Shown here: piece by piece, positions 1-8,839 of the stretch
Layout of the letters: each line of letters starts with the position of its first letter
How positions within the stretch are numbered: the stretch's first letter is position 1
Source: an uncultured cyanobacterium
GTDB lineage: Bacteria > Cyanobacteriota > Cyanobacteriia > Cyanobacteriales > CAWCAG01
Direction: 5' to 3'
Assembly (NCBI GenBank): GCA_963793425.1
Contig: CAWCAG010000005.1
Location: 1,525,178 to 1,589,177, forward strand
DNA: 64,000 bases
Position numbers and translations under genes: made by a program
The notes under the pieces: generated by a model
The model's input: only the letters and a program-made list of their open reading frames with translations
What the model was told of the DNA's origin: nothing
Databases searched by the model: none

Positions 1-273
1 AGTTAAAAACAGAGAAAGTCCGTAGGATAACCAGGGTTCAAAGCCAAAAATTTCTACTCCCGCAGCAAGAAAGATACAAATTCCTGCACATATACCCAAA
101 TAGGGCAAAAATAACTGAAAACCTTGTAAATCAGCTAAAGTATTACTCTTACGATCCTTTGACCATTGTTGTACTTTTTCTTTGAGAGTGCTTTCAAAAG
201 CGACACCGCTAGTCATGCCAGCAAATAAACCGAAAACAAGTAAAAAATAAGGCGGTTCAGGAAAAAAGTACAT
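1..273 (-). CDS. hypothetical membrane protein (first 91 codons; gene runs off the window start)
   Basis: Not in the ORF track because it has no stop in the window. A minus-strand ATG at 273-271 opens a stop-free frame to position 1 (MYFFPEPPYFLLVFGLFAGMTSGVAFES...GICAGICIFLAAGVEIFGFEPW...). It has two hydrophobic segments and lies 32 nt downstream of the ABC1 gene on the same strand. Confidence 0.4.
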   Translation of the reverse strand, partial: MYFFPEPPYFLLVFGLFAGMTSGVAFESTLKEKVQQWSKDRKSNTLADLQGFQLFLPYLGICAGICIFLAAGVEIFGFEPWLSYGLSLFLT

Positions 274-305
274 AGATTATGATCTTTAAATTAGTTTTTC
301 TGGCT

Positions 306-2006
306 TTACTTCACTGCTGTAGGAATTAAAGCTGTCACTCTCTCGGCTGAGATCTCTCTCAAAGCACTTAGAGCAACATTAAATAATTTACCCGGTTTTA
401 GGTCATCTTTGACTAAATTCCACAACCTCTGCACTTCTTTGGTGTGGAGTTGATCATCTTCTACTAAGGCTAGTATAAGTTGATCTCTCAAGTAACGCCC
501 TTCTTCAGACATGAGGTATTGTAACCCTAGTTGTGCTGTGGGTAGAAGATCGAATTGATGATCAGAACGGGCGATCGCAATCATATTTTCTAAACGTTCC
601 CATTGAAATTTCCCATCTTTCAATAAAACTTCTACTAACCTACGTCTCAAGCCTGGAGAATTTCCGGTTAGTAGCTGGCGAGAGACATAGGGATAGGCAA
701 CCTCGACAATTTTAAAGTTAGGGTCTAAACTGAGGGCTAGGCCCTCTTGAGTAACCAGGGAACGAATAATTAGAGCGAATTTAGCTGGAACCCGGAAGGG
801 ATACTCATACATCAACTGAGAAAAATCATCAGTGATCGTTTTGAAGTTGAAGTCTCCTACACTTTCTCCTATGGCATTGCCCAACACCCTCTCTAAAGCA
901 GGGACAATAGGTAGAATATCAATATCAGGAGTTAAGAAGCCTAGTTGGACATAATCTTGAGCTAAAGCGTAGTAGTCTTTATTAATAAGGTGAACTACTG
1001 AAATAGCTAAGGTTTCTTTGGTGACTTCATCTAATTGATCCATCATGCCGAAGTCAATGAAAGCCATGCGCCCATCGTAGGTGGCGAAGAGGTTTCCGGG
1101 ATGAGGATCAGCATGGAAGAAACCATGTTCCAATAATTGGCGTAAGCCAGAAGTAACACCAATTTTAATAAAACTTTGGGGATCTAAACCCGCCGCTTCA
1201 ATTTTGGCAATGTCCGTCAACTTAAAGCCGTCAATCCACTCTAAAGTCAAGACGCGGGTATTGGTATAACGCCAATAAATGGCAGGAACTTTAACATCTG
1301 GATCATCAGCAAAATTAGTAGCAAACTTCTCGCCATTACGGGCTTCGTTGATGTAGTCAATTTCTTCAAACAGTTTCTTACCAAACTCATCCACAACTAA
1401 GTTGAGATCATGACCTAAGTTGAGGGGTAATAAAGGCGCGAACCAACTCGCTGCCCAACGCATAATGTAGAGGTCAAGGGTTAAAGTAGGTAAAAGATTT
1501 GGTCTTTGTACCTTAATAGCAACTTTTTCTCCTGTATGCAAAACGCCGCGATAAACCTGTGCTAAACTCGCTGCCGCCACAGGATGAGGAGATATTTCCC
1601 GATAAGCTTCGGCGACGCTACGTCCTAATTCTGATTCGATTTGGGCAAAGGCAATCTCGTTAGGAAAAGGAGGTAACTGATCTTGCAGTTTAATTAACTC
1701 TTCTAAAAAATCTTTACGAATTAAGTCTGGTCTGGTAGAAAGGGCTTGACCTACCTTAATAAAAGTCGGCCCTAAATCTGTGAGGATGTGTCGTAGTTGA
1801 ATTGCTCTTTTATATTTATGCTTCTCTTCTTTGCCAAACCATTTATCCCATTGAAGACCAAAAACAAATCGACCGAAAAGCCAGATAACAGTTAAAGTTC
1901 GCCAGATCACTAACCAAGGTCGATAACGATATTTCTGGGCTATTTCTTGAGCATTATAGCGTTGGCGCTGTTGTTGTTGAGAAGAAACTGTTTGATATTG
2001 ACTCAC
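306..2006 (-). CDS. ABC1/UbiB-family atypical protein kinase
   Basis: 566-aa ORF with ABC1-family motifs: AAASLAQVYRGVLHTGEKVAIKVQRP, FFHADPHPGNLF, FIDFGMM. Confidence 0.9.
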   Translation of the reverse strand: MSQYQTVSSQQQQRQRYNAQEIAQKYRYRPWLVIWRTLTVIWLFGRFVFGLQWDKWFGKEEKHKYKRAIQLRHILTDLGPTFIKVGQALSTRPDLIRKDFLEELIKLQDQLPPFPNEIAFAQIESELGRSVAEAYREISPHPVAAASLAQVYRGVLHTGEKVAIKVQRPNLLPTLTLDLYIMRWAASWFAPLLPLNLGHDLNLVVDEFGKKLFEEIDYINEARNGEKFATNFADDPDVKVPAIYWRYTNTRVLTLEWIDGFKLTDIAKIEAAGLDPQSFIKIGVTSGLRQLLEHGFFHADPHPGNLFATYDGRMAFIDFGMMDQLDEVTKETLAISVVHLINKDYYALAQDYVQLGFLTPDIDILPIVPALERVLGNAIGESVGDFNFKTITDDFSQLMYEYPFRVPAKFALIIRSLVTQEGLALSLDPNFKIVEVAYPYVSRQLLTGNSPGLRRRLVEVLLKDGKFQWERLENMIAIARSDHQFDLLPTAQLGLQYLMSEEGRYLRDQLILALVEDDQLHTKEVQRLWNLVKDDLKPGKLFNVALSALREISAERVTALIPTAVK

Positions 2007-2389
2007 GAATCTTCTGGAGCCTCTCTTTTAAACAATATTTAATGAAATTTTACTTTTAGTATACAAGATTTAGTATACAAAATTACACAATTCTGCTATC
2101 AGAGTGAAATAATCCCAATAGCATGATGCTATAACTGCATACGTTACTGAGCTTTTACTCACTTCCCAGTCGGCTTTCTCATTTGTGAATATAGACGCTA
2201 CAATAGGTAAATACCTTTGTACTAATATATTCTTGTTTCTAAACTGCGAGACTGCTACCAATATCCGAGGAATGTTTACAATAAAAAAAGGTTTTCCTAG
2301 ATAAATAGCTTCAGTAAGATTAAATACAAAGTAACTAGTTTCAGTTTTTTAAAAAAAGTAAAAATTAACTAACACTTCTTGAGGCGCTA

Positions 2390-3523
2390 ATGGCTGCGAC
2401 AACAATCACCAACAACTCCGACAAGGAAAAAGCACTCAGCTTAGTATTACAGCAAATTGAGCGTAACTTTGGCAAAGGTTCAATTATGCGCTTAGGAGAT
2501 GCTACCCGTATGAGGGTAGAAACAACTTCTAGCGGCGCATTAACTTTGGATCTAGCCCTTGGTGGCGGTTTACCCAAAGGAAGAGTTATTGAAATTTATG
2601 GACCGGAAAGTGCGGGTAAAACAACCTTAGCCCTCCATGCCTTAGCAGAGGTACAAAAATCTGGTGGGGTAGCTGCTTTTGTTGATGCAGAACACGCCCT
2701 TGATCCTGTCTACTCTGCGGCTTTGGGAGTAGATATTGAAAACTTGTTGGTTTCTCAACCGGATACAGGAGAATCTGCTTTAGAAATTGTTGATCAACTA
2801 GTACGTTCTTCGGCAGTAGATATTGTTGTTATCGATTCGGTTGCCGCTTTGGTTCCCCGTGCAGAAATTGAAGGGGAAATGGGAGATACTCAAGTCGGTT
2901 TGCAAGCTCGTTTAATGAGTAAGGCACTACGGAAAATTGCTGGTAATATTAGTAAGTCTGGTTGTAGCGTTATTTTCCTCAACCAACTACGACAAAAAAT
3001 TGGTATCACCTATGGCAGTCCTGATGTGACCACAGGAGGTAATGCCCTCAAGTTTTATGCTTCTGTGCGTTTAGATATTCGTCGCATACAGACCCTGAAA
3101 AGAGGCACTGAAGGGGATTATGGCATTCGGGCAAAAGTTAAGGTAGCCAAAAACAAGGTTGCCCCTCCTTTCCGCATTGCTGAGTTTGATATCATTTTTG
3201 GTCAAGGTATTTCTAGTGTTGGCTGTCTTTTGGATTTAGCAGAACAAACTGATGTGGTGGTACGCAAAGGTGCTTGGTATAGCTACAAAGGCGAGAATAT
3301 TGCTCAAGGGCGCGATAATGCTGTTAAACACCTAGAAGATAATCCTGAAATTGCTTTGGAAGTGGAGCAACAGGTACGGGAGAAATTAGACATGGGGGCA
3401 GTGGTTTCTGCTAATTCTGTTAAACCTTTAGAAACCGAATCTAGTTCGGAGACAAATGGTTCTGCTTCTGCTGGCAAAAGATCCAGGAAGTCTAAGAAGT
3501 CTGAGACAGATTCTGAGGAGTAA
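2390..3523 (+). CDS. recA: recombinase RecA
   Basis: 377-aa ORF with the RecA core ([13 protein letters not shown] Walker [29 protein letters not shown]). It has an extra Ser/Lys/Glu-rich C-terminal tail. Confidence 0.98.
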   Translation: MAATTITNNSDKEKALSLVLQQIERNFGKGSIMRLGDATRMRVETTSSGALTLDLALGGGLPKGRVIEIYGPESAGKTTLALHALAEVQKSGGVAAFVDAEHALDPVYSAALGVDIENLLVSQPDTGESALEIVDQLVRSSAVDIVVIDSVAALVPRAEIEGEMGDTQVGLQARLMSKALRKIAGNISKSGCSVIFLNQLRQKIGITYGSPDVTTGGNALKFYASVRLDIRRIQTLKRGTEGDYGIRAKVKVAKNKVAPPFRIAEFDIIFGQGISSVGCLLDLAEQTDVVVRKGAWYSYKGENIAQGRDNAVKHLEDNPEIALEVEQQVREKLDMGAVVSANSVKPLETESSSETNGSASAGKRSRKSKKSETDSEE

Positions 3524-3532
3524 TTATTAATT

Positions 3533-3560
3533 GCTAGTGGCTAGTGGCTAGTGGCTAGTT
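3533..3560. repeat. 7-nt tandem array (GCTAGTG)x3 plus one variant unit
   Basis: Direct reading: gctagtg gctagtg gctagtg gctagtt, starting 10 nt after the recA stop. Confidence 0.9.
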
Positions 3561-3566
3561 GTTTGA

Positions 3567-3620
3567 GGGCGGGTTTATTTAGTTTGAGGTTGATCTCGAA
3601 ATTTGAATTGAAACCCGCCC
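3567..3620 (+). other. GC-rich 10-bp stem with ~34-nt loop downstream of recA
   Basis: gggcgggttt (3567-3576) is the perfect complement of aaacccgccc (3611-3620). No U-run follows, so it may be an mRNA 3' stabiliser or a repeat element rather than a classic terminator. Confidence 0.35.
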
Positions 3621-3887
3621 CTACGAAACCTATACCTCTTTGCATATTCAGCAAAAAATAATATCCATTCTGAAGAAACTACAATTAATTTAGAACGTTT
3701 GTACTGGAAAATTTTGTTAAAACGGTAAAAAAGAGCAATAACACCCTTGAAAAATCGCTTTTAAGGACGCACCTTTTCCACCTCATACATAATATCATGT
3801 CGAGGGAGAAAAATGCAATAGGTCATAAAAATGATAGCTAATCTGCCACTTTCAACCAACAACTGTACACCTTGCTATTTCCATAGA

Positions 3888-3958
3888 CATCAGTTATCAC
3901 TGATCATTGTAAGGCTTGCCTTTGCCGCAGGCATTATTGATAACTGATCATTGATAGC
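3888..3958. repeat. composite repeat: ACTGATC-type heptamers flanking a ~23-nt core (aaggcttgcctttgccgcaggca)
   Basis: Heptamer-like units (tcactga tcattgt / ttattga taactga tcattga) lie on both sides of the core at 3911-3933. Related cores occur at 5345-5374, 31728-31754, 31910-31933 (inverted) and 36399-36425. Confidence 0.7.
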
Positions 3959-3963
3959 TTTTC

Positions 3964-5007
3964 ATGGTTCAAACTTCTCCTTCCCCTAATGAAATTGCCG
4001 AAGCCTTAGAAACCCCTGTAGACTTTAGCTTTGACCTTCCTGACCCAGAAGACGAAGAAATTGAAGAATTTGATTTTCAACAGCAATTAGATATTGCTTG
4101 GAAGGTTTGCGAACGCTTTGATTTGCAAACTGATATTTGGCGAGGGAGAATTTTACGTTCTATACGCGATCGCGAGAAGAAAGGCGGCGAAGGGAGAGGG
4201 GAAGGTTTCATTAATTGGTTGAAGCAACGGGAATTTACCAAAAGCCAGGCCTACTCTTTAATTCAATTAGCTAATAGTGCCGATACCCTTTTGGAAGAAG
4301 GACAACTTGATCCTGAAGCAATTAATAATTTCAGTAAGCGGGCTTTTGTAGAGACAGCGAAATCTGCTCCGGAAGTGCAGAAGTTAGTTAGCGAAGCCGC
4401 CCAACAAGGGGAACATATTACCCGGCGAGAGGTTAAGCAACTTTCTGATCAATGGACAGCTATGAGTTCCGATTTGCTACCGGAGGAAGTGAAGGAGAAA
4501 GCCGCCGAAGGTTCTCTTCCTCCCCGTCATCTCGCTCCCTTGGTTAAGGAGATGGAAAAGTTACCGGATTTGCATCTTAAGGAGATTCAAAGAGAAATTG
4601 CTGCTAATCCAGAGGTGGATACAGTAAAAACCTTAACTACCGATGCCCGTAACTTAGCTAAATATCTTGATGCCGCAGCACAGGTACAAACCTTAAATAG
4701 AGCTTCTTTAGATTTGGAGTTAGCTTTGGAGGAAGCGTTGCGTTTAGATTGCTTAAACACAGCCGCAGACTTAGTTAAACAAGCCACCAACTTAGAACAA
4801 ACCGTAGCCAAATTATTTACTACCTGGAAGCGTTTAGGCAACCTTGCAGACCGTTTATATGTAGATACTGGGGCAAGTAACCCTCACCTGCGATCGCTCC
4901 TTACTTGTCTAGAAACTTTGACTAATGAAGTGATTGAGGTGCATTTAGATGATGCTGGGGATAATATAGTACGGCTGCGGGTTATGGATGAGTCTGGTCA
5001 AAAGTAA
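3964..5007 (+). CDS. hypothetical protein (acidic N-terminus, helical; possible HTH)
   Basis: 347-aa ORF with protein-like composition and no family motif I can name. The segment IWRGRILRSIRD...GFINWLKQREFTKSQAYSLIQLA reads like a helix-turn-helix. Confidence 0.75.
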   Translation: MVQTSPSPNEIAEALETPVDFSFDLPDPEDEEIEEFDFQQQLDIAWKVCERFDLQTDIWRGRILRSIRDREKKGGEGRGEGFINWLKQREFTKSQAYSLIQLANSADTLLEEGQLDPEAINNFSKRAFVETAKSAPEVQKLVSEAAQQGEHITRREVKQLSDQWTAMSSDLLPEEVKEKAAEGSLPPRHLAPLVKEMEKLPDLHLKEIQREIAANPEVDTVKTLTTDARNLAKYLDAAAQVQTLNRASLDLELALEEALRLDCLNTAADLVKQATNLEQTVAKLFTTWKRLGNLADRLYVDTGASNPHLRSLLTCLETLTNEVIEVHLDDAGDNIVRLRVMDESGQK

Positions 5008-5124
5008 CAAGTAATAAGTTTGGACAGGATATAGTAAGGGAGATGGGGGGAAATTAAAGTCCGTTACCGATGAGAATGAAGGGCGACCAATAATAGGGAT
5101 GATTAAGACCACTAACAAAAGTAG

Positions 5125-5262
5125 GGTGGGCAAAAGAAGGTCACAGTAAAAATTAGTTGGTAACCCAATTATCTTTGCCCACCATTAGTTAATAAGCTAC
5201 TTCATGGCAGAGCGATTGCCAGAAATCCAGCTTATTAACCTTAGTAAGATAAGGTGGGCAAA
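5125..5262. repeat. nested inverted repeats (GGTGGGCAAA / TTTGCCCACC / GGTGGGCAAA with an inner 11-bp palindromic pair)
   Basis: ggtgggcaaa at 5125-5134 and 5253-5262; its complement tttgcccacc at 5174-5183; inner perfect pair gttaataagct (5188-5198) / agcttattaac (5229-5239). Confidence 0.7.
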
Positions 5263-5442
5263 CATAGGTGAATTTTTGATGCTTGTTATATCCCAAATCC
5301 TGTTTAAATAGCATAAGTTATCGGTGAGGGTAGGGAGTAGGGTTGGCGCACTTCCTTGCCGTAGGCTACAGGCAGTAGGGTTTGAAAACTTTTTCGGTGA
5401 ATTTTGTATTTGGTTTTTAATAACCGGATTTGGTATAAGTAA

Positions 5443-5516
5443 TGGCTCAAGGCAGATTTGAACTGCCGACCTTGGGCTTATGAGTCCCCTGCTCTAACCA
5501 ACTGAGCTACTGAGCC
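5443..5516 (-). tRNA. tRNA with CAU anticodon (elongator Met, or Ile2 if lysidine-modified)
   Basis: The reverse complement folds as a 74-nt cloverleaf: acceptor GGCTCAG/TTGAGCC + A73, D arm GCTC-AGTTGGTTA-GAGC, anticodon loop CTCATAA, variable AGGTC, T arm GGCAG-TTCAAAT-CTGCC. It is not initiator-like (no C1:A72, no 3 G-C pairs in the anticodon stem). CCA is not encoded. The anticodon stem has G27:A43 and A31:G39 mismatches. Confidence 0.85.
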
Positions 5517-5586
5517 GTAATATTAACAACAGTTTTTGATTCTAACATAAGAAGGGCTTTTCTTTCCAATCTTTCCAATTTTTTGC

Positions 5587-5627
5587 AAAAAAAAAGGGGG
5601 AGTCCTAAGACTCCCCCTTTCTTTTTT
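5587..5627 (-). terminator. rho-independent terminator after the M23 peptidase gene (bidirectional shape)
   Basis: Perfect 9-bp stem gggggagtc (5596-5604) / gactccccc (5609-5617) with loop ctaa. It is flanked by A9 (a U-run on the minus strand) and tttctttttt. Confidence 0.85.
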
Positions 5628-5651
5628 AGCTATTTTAGCTATTAAGTTAAA

Positions 5652-7907
5652 TTAGCGTTTCTGTAAGTAAGCCATTGGGTTAACAGCACTCTTACCACCA
5701 GGATGAACTTCAAAGTGTAAGTGAGGTCCTGTACTATATCCAGTACTACCCATATCAGAAATATGCTGACCTTGTTCCACTTTTTGTCCGCTTCTGACCA
5801 CAACGCGGCTATTGTGACCATAGCGAGTCATCGTCCCATCGGGGTGACGAATTTCTACTAAGTTACCATAACCACCAGAGTTCCAGCCGGCTGTAATAAC
5901 TTCTCCAGGACCGGAAGCAACAATAGGAGTTCCAGTTGGAGCAGCAATATCAATACCTTTGTGCATTCTTCCCCAGCGCATACCGTAACCGGAAGTGAGA
6001 ACACCCTTAGCCGGCCAGCTATGGCGACCATTCCAAAGATCAGGACTATCAGGAAGATACTCATCTGGTGCGGCTAGAGGAGGTAAGTCAGGGCTGACCA
6101 CCTCTCCCACTGGAGGCTTAAGCAAGGAATTGTAAGTATCAGCCGGAGCAGGGGCTACTGCCACAGTTTTTGGTTCTTCGGCAACGACTGTTTCCTCTTC
6201 TTCTTGAACAGGAAGTGTTACTGGTATAGAAATAGCTGCATTAGCATTAGGCTTTTGAACAGATATTGGGCTGAGGGAATTAGCTGTAGGTGCTGTTACT
6301 TCAACTTTTTCTGTTTTCTCAGTAGAAGTTGGTACTGGTATGGAGCTAATATCACTCAGAATCGGCTTTTGAACAGGCTGCCTACTAATAACATTTTCCC
6401 GCAGATCCTGTACCTCTACCACTAAAACTTGACCATTGCTACGGTCTGTTTGCCACTCAGTATTAATCTGTGCAGCAACTTCAGTTCTAGAAGAAGTCTC
6501 AGCAGAAGCGACAAGAGTATTAACTTGCTGCTGAGGTTGGTATTGAGCTTGTAGCCTGACAATATCTTGCTGTAGGGGAGACTGGTTTACCTCCACCTCT
6601 TCTACAGTATCTTCTGGTTTGTTGCTAGTCACTCCAGGAAGAGTATTAACAGCGACTGTACTATTATCAAGGCTCTGGCGAGCGCTCCGAGCAATTTGAG
6701 GATTGGGAATAGTTATTGCTTGGTTAATAACTATTCGGTTCGGGTTATCAAGTTGATTAGCCTCAACTAACTCTGTTAAACTTAAACCATACTGGCGAGC
6801 AATTTCGTCAACGGTTTCTCCTGGCCTAACACGATGCACTTTTGTTGCTTCTGTTGCTACGGTTACCGGGGGAACAACTACCGGAGTTTCTGTAGCTACT
6901 TCCGACTCAGCTTCTGGCTGTGCTTGAGGTGTAGGAACTGGAATTGCAACAGGAACTTGGCTAGCGGCTTCTGGTTGTACCGTAACTGAATTTTCTGGCT
7001 GGGGTACGGGAATAATTACTGATTGTGGCTCTTGGAGAGTAGATGGTGAAGCGGCTATTTGAGGAGCCTTAATTTGCTCAGTTGGCTCTTGGTCTGTCTG
7101 TAGCTTAGCTAAACTATCTTTTAGCTTGCCCTGCTCCTGCTTAAGGTTTTCTAGGGCTGTTTCTTGTTTGTTTTTCAGTAAAGTATCTACTTCACCAGGG
7201 ATAGTTACTAATTCACCTTCAGCAACAGAGGATTCAATTTCTTCAGACTCTATTCCATAGTCTTGAGATAAAGAGGCTACTGTTTCGCTAGCTTCTACCT
7301 GATGAACAATACCGTTGGTTTCAGGAATATCTAAGCTCTGCCCTACAGAAAGGTTAGAAGTAGGAGCAATTTGATTAGAAGCAGCTATTGCTTCAGGAGT
7401 TACTTGATATGCTTTAGATATTTGCCAGAGAGTTTCCCCGGATTTAACTTCATGGTGATGATAGCTTTGGGGAACCTTCGCGATTTCTTGCTCCGACTCT
7501 ATTTCAAGAGTAGGTTGGACAACAAAATCTTGGCTTTCTACTAAAGCTTCTTCTGTTTCTTCCACAACAGAGAGGTTTTCTACCTCTTCTTGGGTAGAAA
7601 CAGCCGCAGTTTCCCAATCTGGTGTGGTTGAGCCGCTATCTACTTCTTCTGGTGTAGATAGTGTGTCAGCCAAAGAGGATTCAGCAGCTACTGCTTCATC
7701 ACTTTGACCAGGTAGCAATACACCTGTTGCGCCCATGGAAATGGCTAAACCAATCATGGCAGCAGAGGTGAAAGCTCGGCGGTTACCTTCATTAGAAACA
7801 AGGGTGTCTTCAGTAAGAACTTTTTGAGAGAGATTGGCCAAATCTCCTAAAGAGTCTACTGGACAGGGATTAGTAGGTTTAGCCTTCTGGGTAAACAAGC
7901 GTTTCAA
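5652..7907 (-). CDS. M23-family metallopeptidase with LysM repeats
   Basis: 751-aa ORF. C-terminal M23 motifs (HKGIDIAAPTGTPI, GYSTGPHLHFEV). LysM-like modules (HEVKSGETLWQISKAYQV..., HRVRPGETVDEIARQYGLS...). Long Pro/Glu/Val/Gln-rich linkers. Confidence 0.9.
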   Translation of the reverse strand: MKRLFTQKAKPTNPCPVDSLGDLANLSQKVLTEDTLVSNEGNRRAFTSAAMIGLAISMGATGVLLPGQSDEAVAAESSLADTLSTPEEVDSGSTTPDWETAAVSTQEEVENLSVVEETEEALVESQDFVVQPTLEIESEQEIAKVPQSYHHHEVKSGETLWQISKAYQVTPEAIAASNQIAPTSNLSVGQSLDIPETNGIVHQVEASETVASLSQDYGIESEEIESSVAEGELVTIPGEVDTLLKNKQETALENLKQEQGKLKDSLAKLQTDQEPTEQIKAPQIAASPSTLQEPQSVIIPVPQPENSVTVQPEAASQVPVAIPVPTPQAQPEAESEVATETPVVVPPVTVATEATKVHRVRPGETVDEIARQYGLSLTELVEANQLDNPNRIVINQAITIPNPQIARSARQSLDNSTVAVNTLPGVTSNKPEDTVEEVEVNQSPLQQDIVRLQAQYQPQQQVNTLVASAETSSRTEVAAQINTEWQTDRSNGQVLVVEVQDLRENVISRQPVQKPILSDISSIPVPTSTEKTEKVEVTAPTANSLSPISVQKPNANAAISIPVTLPVQEEEETVVAEEPKTVAVAPAPADTYNSLLKPPVGEVVSPDLPPLAAPDEYLPDSPDLWNGRHSWPAKGVLTSGYGMRWGRMHKGIDIAAPTGTPIVASGPGEVITAGWNSGGYGNLVEIRHPDGTMTRYGHNSRVVVRSGQKVEQGQHISDMGSTGYSTGPHLHFEVHPGGKSAVNPMAYLQKR

Positions 7908-8839
7908 AAACGACCTCCTAAGTTGTGTGACGAGCGCTTAACTGTCCGGTGTGGGATGATGCTTTTATCTAATTCGATAGAGATAAATTGCATCCGGAAG
8001 TGATGTTAATCACTGACTGTAAATATACATTGAGTAAGGCACAAGGGAAAGATTACCCTGGTTTTTGAATTTCGACAAGTGTTGGTTAGGAAATTAATTT
8101 CTTTCGCCTAGTGCTTTTGTTAGTAGACCCTATGAAAGGTGACAGTTTTAAACGCTTTAATTAATTTGATGTTTACGGTGTTTCCTGGTTGATTTTAAGT
8201 ATTCACTAGCTAATAGTTCTAGAAATTAGTGTATGAGACTACATACCCCTTTAAACAATATAGCTCCGGAACAAAACTTAAACTCAAAGGTCAATAATAG
8301 CAGTTACTAGTTAAAAGACAACAAATTGGCTAGTTCAGTAACAAGGGAAAGATTTAGATACAGTTAGCTACGAAATACCCTACTGATGGTTGTATTAAAT
8401 GACTTACTTTCTGTAGCTAGAGACAGTTCAAATCCTTGTCTGGCTTGGAGTCAGTGTTAAGCAAATAAGCTGCTTAAATATCTACTTAACCTTCCTGTAA
8501 TGATGACAAAAATTTATCTCCTAAGTTCCTCAACTTAAGCTAGGTTTCATAGATATTTCTTATCGGAAAAGCTGTATTTAGTATTCTATATAACTGATAA
8601 GTCAGATGATTAGAGTTTCTAAACTCTTGGATAACAAATCTTAAGGGGATAATTTGTCAGCAGCAGAGAAACTAATCCTAGTTTCACTTTCCTCTTAACT
8701 TAGGGGCATTAGCTATATATGAATAGATATAGATGAAGCCCTACTTAATACAGTTCTAAAAACGGTATATGCCCTCTTTGCTAGGTGCATTTGGATATAG
8801 AGAGATAAGAATACTAAGAAGTTATATAGATAAAGATTG

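Noticed and set aside
12-22. gagaaagtccg resembles the RNase P RNA CR-I motif (GAGGAAAGUCCGGGC).
   Set aside because: Only ~9 nt match and the flanks do not continue the P4/CR-I consensus. The segment also lies inside a convincing minus-strand membrane-protein reading frame.
2218-2236. ttgtactaatatattcttg, ~165 nt upstream of recA, resembles the cyanobacterial LexA box (RGTAC-N3-DGTWCB; compare TAGTACTAATGTTCTA).
   Set aside because: The right half-site is TTCT preceded by three extra nucleotides, so spacing and the GTWC half do not fit the consensus. It cannot be supported without comparative data.
2070-2261. A 63-aa minus-strand ORF lies in the ABC1/recA divergent promoter region.
   Set aside because: It has no recognisable features and unusual composition, and it occupies the expected promoter region of both genes.
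8422-8440. gacagttcaaatccttgtc looks like a tRNA T-arm (TTCAAAT loop) in the long ORF-free gap.
   Set aside because: The stem does not pair in the canonical 5-bp register, and no acceptor, D or anticodon arms can be built from the flanks.
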